Below, piece by piece: positions 58,631 to 64,000 of a stretch of 64,000 nt of DNA. The DNA is taken from contig CAVQHI010000002.1 of NCBI GenBank assembly GCA_963712305.1, positions 1,322,440 through 1,386,439 of the forward strand, in the 5' to 3' direction. The position numbers and the translations under genes were made by a program. Numbering within the stretch: position 1 is the stretch's first letter; each line of letters begins with the position of its first letter. The notes beneath the pieces were generated by a model that saw nothing but the letters and a program-made list of their open reading frames with translations, was not told where the DNA came from and made no database searches. The stretch is from an uncultured bacterium. GTDB lineage: Bacteria > Bacteroidota > Rhodothermia > Balneolales > DATFMH01.

Positions 58631-60190
58631 ATGGATCGTAGTAAACTTCTTCAATCAGTTAAAAATAATAACAGTTACTGGGACGTACTGGTAATCGGCG
58701 GGGGTGCAACAGGACTTGGCGTCGCAGTCGATTCCGCATCAAGAGGATACAAGACATTGCTTTTGGAAATGCACGATTTTTCGAAGGCTACATCCAGTCG
58801 CAGTACAAAACTGGTTCATGGAGGAGTTAGATATTTGCAGCAGGGAGATCTCTCGCTTGTCATCGAAGCTTTGCACGAACGCGGCCTGTTAATACAAAAT
58901 GCGCCCCACCTGGTAAGCAACCAGGCTTTTATTGTACCTAGCTATGAATGGTGGAATGGCCCGTTTTATGGAGTCGGATTGAAAGTATATGACTTGCTGG
59001 CCGGAAAGTTGGGGCTTGGTCCATCCAAAGTCCTCTCGCGTGAAGAGACTATGAAATTGATCCCGACCCTGGAACCCGAAGGTCTGCGAGGCGGTGTCAT
59101 TTATTACGACGGCCAGTTTGACGATTCCCGTCTGGCAATTAACCTGGCACAAACAATTTATGATCTCGGCGGTACCCCGATTAATTACATGAAAGTGACT
59201 GGATTGCTGAAGTCAAAGAATCTGATCGATGGAGTTCAGGCGACAGATATGGAATCTGGTGAATCGCATAATATTAGCGCGAGGGTAGTTATCAACGCTA
59301 CGGGTATTTTTGCCGATTCCATAATATGGATGGATCAGCCTGATACCGAACGACTGGTTCAGCCGGCCCAGGGTGTGCATATCGTGCTGGATAAAGAGTT
59401 TCTGCCCGGTGATTCGGCCATTATGGTGCCTCATACCGATGACGGCCGTGTGCTGTTTGCTGTGCCCTGGCATGATAAAGTAGTGGTAGGTACGACTGAT
59501 ACTCCAATGAAGGAAGCCGTGCTTGAGCCCAGGCCGCTTGAGGAGGAAGTCTCGTTTATTCTGCGTCATGCTGCAAAATACATGACCAAAGATCCCTCTC
59601 GTTCCGACGTGCGTAGCACATTTGCCGGATTGCGTCCACTGGTCAAGCCGCCCGATGCTAAAAGTACAGCTGAGATCTCACGCAGCCATCATTTGCAGGT
59701 TTCCGAATCGGGACTCGTGACCATTGCCGGTGGTAAATGGACCACATACCGAAAGATGGGAGAGGACACGGTAGATCAGGCAGCTATTGTAGCAGGGCTG
59801 GATGAACGTGAGTGCCAGACCCCAAATCTCAGAATCCATGGATGGTTGAAGAATGTTGATCGAACGGATCATATGTACGTCTATGGTTCCGATCAGGTTA
59901 GTATTAGGAAAATTATCGATGAACAACCCGGGTTGGAAGAAAAAATTCATGATCGACTGCCATATATCAAGGCCGAAGTTGTGTGGGCTGTTCGGAACGA
60001 AATGGCGCGGACTGTAGAAGATGTGCTGGCCCGCAGAACGCGTTCGCTGCTGCTTGATGCAAGGGCAAGTATAGAAATGGCCCCCGAAGTTGCCCGGCTG
60101 ATGGCTTCAGAAATGGGATATGATGAGCAGTGGCAAACAGATCAGGTTAACGATTACGAGGAGTTGGCAAAGGGATATATCCTGACCTGA
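58631..60190 (+). CDS. glpD: FAD-dependent glycerol-3-phosphate dehydrogenase/oxidase
   Basis: 519 aa. DVLVIGGGATGLGVAVD FAD motif, KLVHGGVRYL, and a C-terminal GlpD helical domain. Confidence 0.9.
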   Translation: MDRSKLLQSVKNNNSYWDVLVIGGGATGLGVAVDSASRGYKTLLLEMHDFSKATSSRSTKLVHGGVRYLQQGDLSLVIEALHERGLLIQNAPHLVSNQAFIVPSYEWWNGPFYGVGLKVYDLLAGKLGLGPSKVLSREETMKLIPTLEPEGLRGGVIYYDGQFDDSRLAINLAQTIYDLGGTPINYMKVTGLLKSKNLIDGVQATDMESGESHNISARVVINATGIFADSIIWMDQPDTERLVQPAQGVHIVLDKEFLPGDSAIMVPHTDDGRVLFAVPWHDKVVVGTTDTPMKEAVLEPRPLEEEVSFILRHAAKYMTKDPSRSDVRSTFAGLRPLVKPPDAKSTAEISRSHHLQVSESGLVTIAGGKWTTYRKMGEDTVDQAAIVAGLDERECQTPNLRIHGWLKNVDRTDHMYVYGSDQVSIRKIIDEQPGLEEKIHDRLPYIKAEVVWAVRNEMARTVEDVLARRTRSLLLDARASIEMAPEVARLMASEMGYDEQWQTDQVNDYEELAKGYILT

Positions 60191-60262
60191 TTAAATCAGA
60201 GTGTGTGTGAAATAATCGTGTTGTAGTCAATCCATATCAAAATAAATATGTGAGGAGCCGAA

Positions 60263-60976
60263 ATGCTTGAAAAATTCGTGGGTGAAATTCTGGGTACTTT
60301 CCTGCTGGTTATTCTGGGGGATGGTGTAGTGGCTAATGTTTTATTGAATAAAACCAAGGGTAATGGCGGCGGCTGGATCGTCATTACCTGGGGATGGGGA
60401 ATGGGTGTGTTTGTAGGGGTGTTTGCCGTGGCGGCAATCAGTGGAGCTCACATCAATCCAGCAGTCACTATCGGACTTGCAGTGGCTGGTAAATTTCCAT
60501 GGTCTGAAGTACCCGTGTATATTTTAGGGCAAATGATCGGCGGCATGCTTGGAGCATTAATGGTGTTCGTTCAATACAAAGACCATTTTCGCGAAACAGA
60601 AGACCAGGATTTAAAACTCGCTGTTTTTTGCACGGCACCGAATATTAGAAATTATTTCAGCAATTTCGTTTCCGAGGTCGTCGGGACATTCATTCTCATT
60701 CTTGGTGTGCTATATATCGCTGTCCCGAATGTTGGCCTGGGAGCCATTAGTGCCTTGCCTGTGGCCTTGCTAGTCTTCTCAATAGGCCTTTCTCTTGGTG
60801 GTACAACTGGATATGCGATTAATCCCGCCCGTGACCTGGGGCCTCGCATTATGCATGCTCTGTTGCCGATTCATAATAAAAGGGATAGTGACTGGAGTTA
60901 TTCCTGGATTCCTGTCTTTGGCCCGATCGTTGGCGCAACTATTGCAGCACTGGTCTACCTGGCGCTTCCCTTGTAA
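60263..60976 (+). CDS. glpF: Aquaglyceroporin (glycerol uptake facilitator)
   Basis: 237 aa. Two NPA boxes (HINPAVT, AINPARD). Confidence 0.9.
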   Translation: MLEKFVGEILGTFLLVILGDGVVANVLLNKTKGNGGGWIVITWGWGMGVFVGVFAVAAISGAHINPAVTIGLAVAGKFPWSEVPVYILGQMIGGMLGALMVFVQYKDHFRETEDQDLKLAVFCTAPNIRNYFSNFVSEVVGTFILILGVLYIAVPNVGLGAISALPVALLVFSIGLSLGGTTGYAINPARDLGPRIMHALLPIHNKRDSDWSYSWIPVFGPIVGATIAALVYLALPL

Positions 60977-61240
60977 TTGTGTTGATCGGTTTTGATCCGA
61001 AGGGTTTTCATTTTCGGTATGTGTGACGAAGATCGCAGTTTTTATTCAGATGGTTTCTGCAGATGCCCTGTATTATCTGGTCAGAATCAGGTAACTGGTT
61101 AGTCGTCCGGTAAATAGAATCTTTAAATAGCATATTTACCCCGTCTATTGTTGGTTAGCCAAGTCATATGTTGGGGAGATGATGTCTATATATTAATATG
61201 CATCCGATATAAAGATTTCAACCCTCAAAACTTCAACATA

Positions 61241-62083
61241 ATGATGATTAATTACAGAAATGCGATCAGATGGAGTCTGGTTACGGCGTTGTCCGTAATT
61301 CTTGCAGGTTGCGGTCTCATGAATAAAAATCATTCACCAAACAAACAGGTGAACGTATACATGAAGACGAACACAGCCGCTCAAACCTATTCAAATCCTT
61401 CCGGACTATCTGAAACGGCACAAACGACGGCCCAGGATTCTGCGTCTCTCAAATTGACAAGTGTTGAGATGTACGTTAAGCAGATGATGCTGAAGGGAGC
61501 ACAAATTGACACTGCCTCAGGTGTTCAGGATTCTATGTCGCATGGTGATGATGACATGTGGGAGCATTACAAACAAGGATCCCTTTCGTTCAGTCAAAAC
61601 AATATTGTTGTGAATCTTCCGCTCGATCAGGATAGCGTGATGGTATCAACATCACAGGTGCCAGGTGGTAAATATTATGCACTTTTCTTGCATATCAGTC
61701 GCCCCGATTCTGCTGATTCAGCGAAATATCCGGATTTTGTTTCCGGCTCAACCTGGAAAGACAGATATTCATTGATTGTAAAGGGCACCTACAACGGTCA
61801 GGATTTTACATACAGATCGCATCGTAATTTTATAATTGGGATGCCGATACATCCCCCGGTAACGATCACCGATTCTACCAGCAGTGTAAATGTGAAGCTG
61901 TTGGTCAACACCTCTCACTGGTTTGTTAATCCATGGTCGGGGGCTGCGCTTGATCCAACCGATTCAACAAACTTCAAGGCTATTGACTGGACGATCATGA
62001 GATCGTTTATGGCTCATTGCGGTGAACATGATTATGAATACGAGGGCGGCCATCATGGCGGTTGGGGAAATCATAATCACTAG
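61241..62083 (+). CDS. Lipoprotein, DUF4382-like, His-rich C-terminus
   Basis: The likely start is MMINYRN at 61241 (the ORF is open from 61148). Lipobox LAGC. Tail CGEHDYEYEGGHHGGWGNHNH. Paralog of 62392-63189. Confidence 0.6.
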   Translation: MMINYRNAIRWSLVTALSVILAGCGLMNKNHSPNKQVNVYMKTNTAAQTYSNPSGLSETAQTTAQDSASLKLTSVEMYVKQMMLKGAQIDTASGVQDSMSHGDDDMWEHYKQGSLSFSQNNIVVNLPLDQDSVMVSTSQVPGGKYYALFLHISRPDSADSAKYPDFVSGSTWKDRYSLIVKGTYNGQDFTYRSHRNFIIGMPIHPPVTITDSTSSVNVKLLVNTSHWFVNPWSGAALDPTDSTNFKAIDWTIMRSFMAHCGEHDYEYEGGHHGGWGNHNH

Positions 62084-62128
62084 CACGGTGATTGAGATGA
62101 ATTAACGGCGTGTTATAACGACTAAGAC

Positions 62129-62163
62129 AAACCCCGCACGATTTTGTGTGGGGTTTTTTTATT
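62129..62163 (+). terminator. Intrinsic terminator
   Basis: aaccccgcac-gatttt-gtgtggggtt followed by a T8 run. Confidence 0.8.
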
Positions 62164-62391
62164 TGACGGGTATAGTGAAGATTTTTAGCTGGTTGAGAAA
62201 CAAATATCAAGGGGAGTTACATTTCCCATTCGACATATTGACATGCTGGCCTATCGTTTCAGTGAAGTCGAAAGGACCTTTTTTATAAGAAAAACGAATC
62301 CTTTTGGGTACTTCAATTGCATAATTAAATAATATATGTAAATATATGCATTCGCGTCTAACTAGCTCTCTAACATTTAGTTACCCCTCAA

Positions 62392-63189
62392 ATGAAAAAT
62401 GGTATAAAAATTGGCTATGTACGGAGCCTGATAATCGCATTTTTTGTGGTTATCTCAGGCTGTAACGTAACAAGTAATAAACAATCGAATACGCGTCCGG
62501 TTAATGTTTATATGCAGTCAAAAACGGCGTTTAAAGCGTATGCGAATCCTTATGGGCTCTCTGAGTTCCCAACCACAGCAGCAGTGGATTCGTCGCTGAA
62601 GCTGACCAGGGTATCGTTGTTTGTTAAGGAGCTGAGGCTGAAAAGTGTAGCAGAAGATTCTCTGGATTTCAACCAGAAGGATATTGTAGTAGATTTGCCG
62701 CTCGGACAAGACAGTGTTCAGATATCAACTACTGCGGTTCCGCAAGGATCATATGATGGTGTGAGTTTACAAATAGGAAGACCGTCTTTTGCTGATTCTG
62801 CGAAATATCCGGATTTCGTATCCGGGCCATCGGAACATGACCGGTATTCAGTGATTATTCAGGGCAGTTACCTGGGACAAGATTTTACATTCAGAGCCCG
62901 CCACGAATTTGAGTTTCACCTGAAAATAAATCCCCCATTGATTGTAAGTGATTCCACAGTCAGCGTAGATGTAAATCTTCTCGTGGATACCTCGAAATGG
63001 TTTGTAGATCGGGAAACAGGACAACCAATCAATCCCACGGATCGCGAAGCCATCGAGAAAATTATTGAGAATATAGATTCGTCTATGGAAGCTCATAGGA
63101 GAGAGCATGAGATGGAAGACGGACATCACAATAATCATGACCAGGGAAGCAACGATAATTCCGGTAATGGAAATGGCAGCGGTAACTAA
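62392..63189 (+). CDS. Lipoprotein, DUF4382-like, His/Asn/Gly-rich C-terminus
   Basis: 265 aa. Lipobox ISGC. Shares SADSAKYPDFVSG, GQDFT(Y/F)R and LLV(N/D)TS(H/K)WFV with the upstream paralog. Confidence 0.6.
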   Translation: MKNGIKIGYVRSLIIAFFVVISGCNVTSNKQSNTRPVNVYMQSKTAFKAYANPYGLSEFPTTAAVDSSLKLTRVSLFVKELRLKSVAEDSLDFNQKDIVVDLPLGQDSVQISTTAVPQGSYDGVSLQIGRPSFADSAKYPDFVSGPSEHDRYSVIIQGSYLGQDFTFRARHEFEFHLKINPPLIVSDSTVSVDVNLLVDTSKWFVDRETGQPINPTDREAIEKIIENIDSSMEAHRREHEMEDGHHNNHDQGSNDNSGNGNGSGN

Positions 63190-63214
63190 GGTTGTCAGCC
63201 ATAGCATCATCGAG

Positions 63215-63245
63215 AAACCCCGCCATTGAGTGGGGTTTTTCGTTT
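63215..63245 (+). terminator. Intrinsic terminator
   Basis: aaaccccgcc-attga-gtggggttttt. Same stem family as 62129-62163. Confidence 0.75.
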
Positions 63246-63416
63246 TATGAACACGTTTCAATAATAATAAAACAACCAGATTTTCAGGGCTATTTCAGAA
63301 ACCTGCTATACAGCATGAAAAAGTGAGTTCAAGAGCTTTATTATTTTAAATTTATCTCAGGCAGATACGGATATATTTTGTAAAAACCATGCAAATAATA
63401 ATATTAGTCTAGTAAA

Positions 63417-63555
63417 TTAACGTGAGTTCGATATAAGCATTGGAAGAATTCGTTAAAACCTGAACCGTTCTAACGGTTTATGCCGGTCAGGATATACGCC
63501 TGTTTATGTGAAATCAGCATCTTTACAGGGTTATCTTATTTCGAACTCACGTTAA
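63417..63555. mobile_element. 139-bp MITE with TIRs of about 17 bp and TTAA ends
   Basis: TTAA-cgtgagttcgatataag ... cttatttcgaactcacg-TTAA; the TIRs match 16/17. Internal hairpin aaccgtt-cta-aacggtt. Confidence 0.8.
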
Positions 63556-63599
63556 ATTAAATTTTATGTGGTTATAGATTTGCAGAACAAGGTGTATTT

Positions 63600-63995
63600 A
63601 TGCGTGGCAAAGCCAGGATTATCATACCAGCAATTGTGCTGCTGTTTTGTGCAGCATGCAGTATTAATGACAGTACTAATGGGCGTTACGAAGTCATTGG
63701 ACGGTGGAAGCTGGTTGATGTATCGGGTGGACCGAACGGTAACGCCTCGGCGATAAACGATGCCCAGCAATTGCAGATCAATGCCGATTATACTTTTTCG
63801 TGGTATCAGAATGGTTCTTTGTGGGCACACGGCAAGATCTCATTTTCAGTCGTTGACAATGTAAAGATTATCAGATTCGCACCGGTAGAGAATGTAAGTA
63901 TCGTACAGAAGAAGTATTTCATTTCCGAACAATCCCAGCTGCAGCTTATTGACGATTGTTCGGATTGCTATTATTACACATTTAATCCTATTTGA
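63600..63995 (+). CDS. Hypothetical lipoprotein
   Basis: 131 aa. Signal plus lipobox (AIVLLFCAAC). No other motifs recognised. Confidence 0.5.
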   Translation: MRGKARIIIPAIVLLFCAACSINDSTNGRYEVIGRWKLVDVSGGPNGNASAINDAQQLQINADYTFSWYQNGSLWAHGKISFSVVDNVKIIRFAPVENVSIVQKKYFISEQSQLQLIDDCSDCYYYTFNPI

Positions 63996-64000
63996 GAAAT

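Overview
This is a 64-kb chromosomal window, probably from an FCB-group bacterium (Bacteroidota, Ignavibacteriota or Balneolota-like). That placement is a guess from gene content: a GWxTD protein, FecR, GH88, HiPIP, many Cys-lipoprotein signals and a propeller/Y_Y_Y histidine kinase. All calls rest on reading the ORF translations and the DNA by eye; no database search was run.

The flanks (1-19 kb and 44-64 kb) carry ordinary housekeeping genes:
- Left flank: TonB-like protein, tRNA-Ser(GGA), a translationally coupled GWxTD-pdxA-methyltransferase-ftsE operon, an acyl-CoA carboxyltransferase, a LolE-like permease, lysS and queD-queE.
- Right flank: a histidine kinase, HiPIP, and a GntR-glpK-glpD-glpF glycerol locus.

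The centre (about 19-43.6 kb) is accessory, entirely + strand and very repeat-rich. It contains:
- a RAYT (REP-associated Y1 transposase) flanked by inverted REP hairpins
- many elements bounded by terminal inverted repeats
- MITEs with TTAA target duplications, one nested inside another repeat
- IS110 and IS5 transposase remnants
- four toxin-antitoxin modules, three of which have a decayed toxin beside an intact antitoxin
- a tandem pair of type IV-like nucleases: an HNH endonuclease with an N-terminal HKP-motif domain, followed by a 1031-aa PLD + SF2 helicase + DUF3427 protein with SauUSI-like architecture
- multiply frameshifted MFS-transporter and M14-carboxypeptidase pseudogenes
- two diverged serpin paralogs

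The best candidate for a system worth follow-up is the nuclease pair inside this TA-rich island (26.6-30.8 kb). The RAYT/REP/MITE repeat ecology is the second most interesting feature. No CRISPR array, cas genes, rRNA or prophage was seen.
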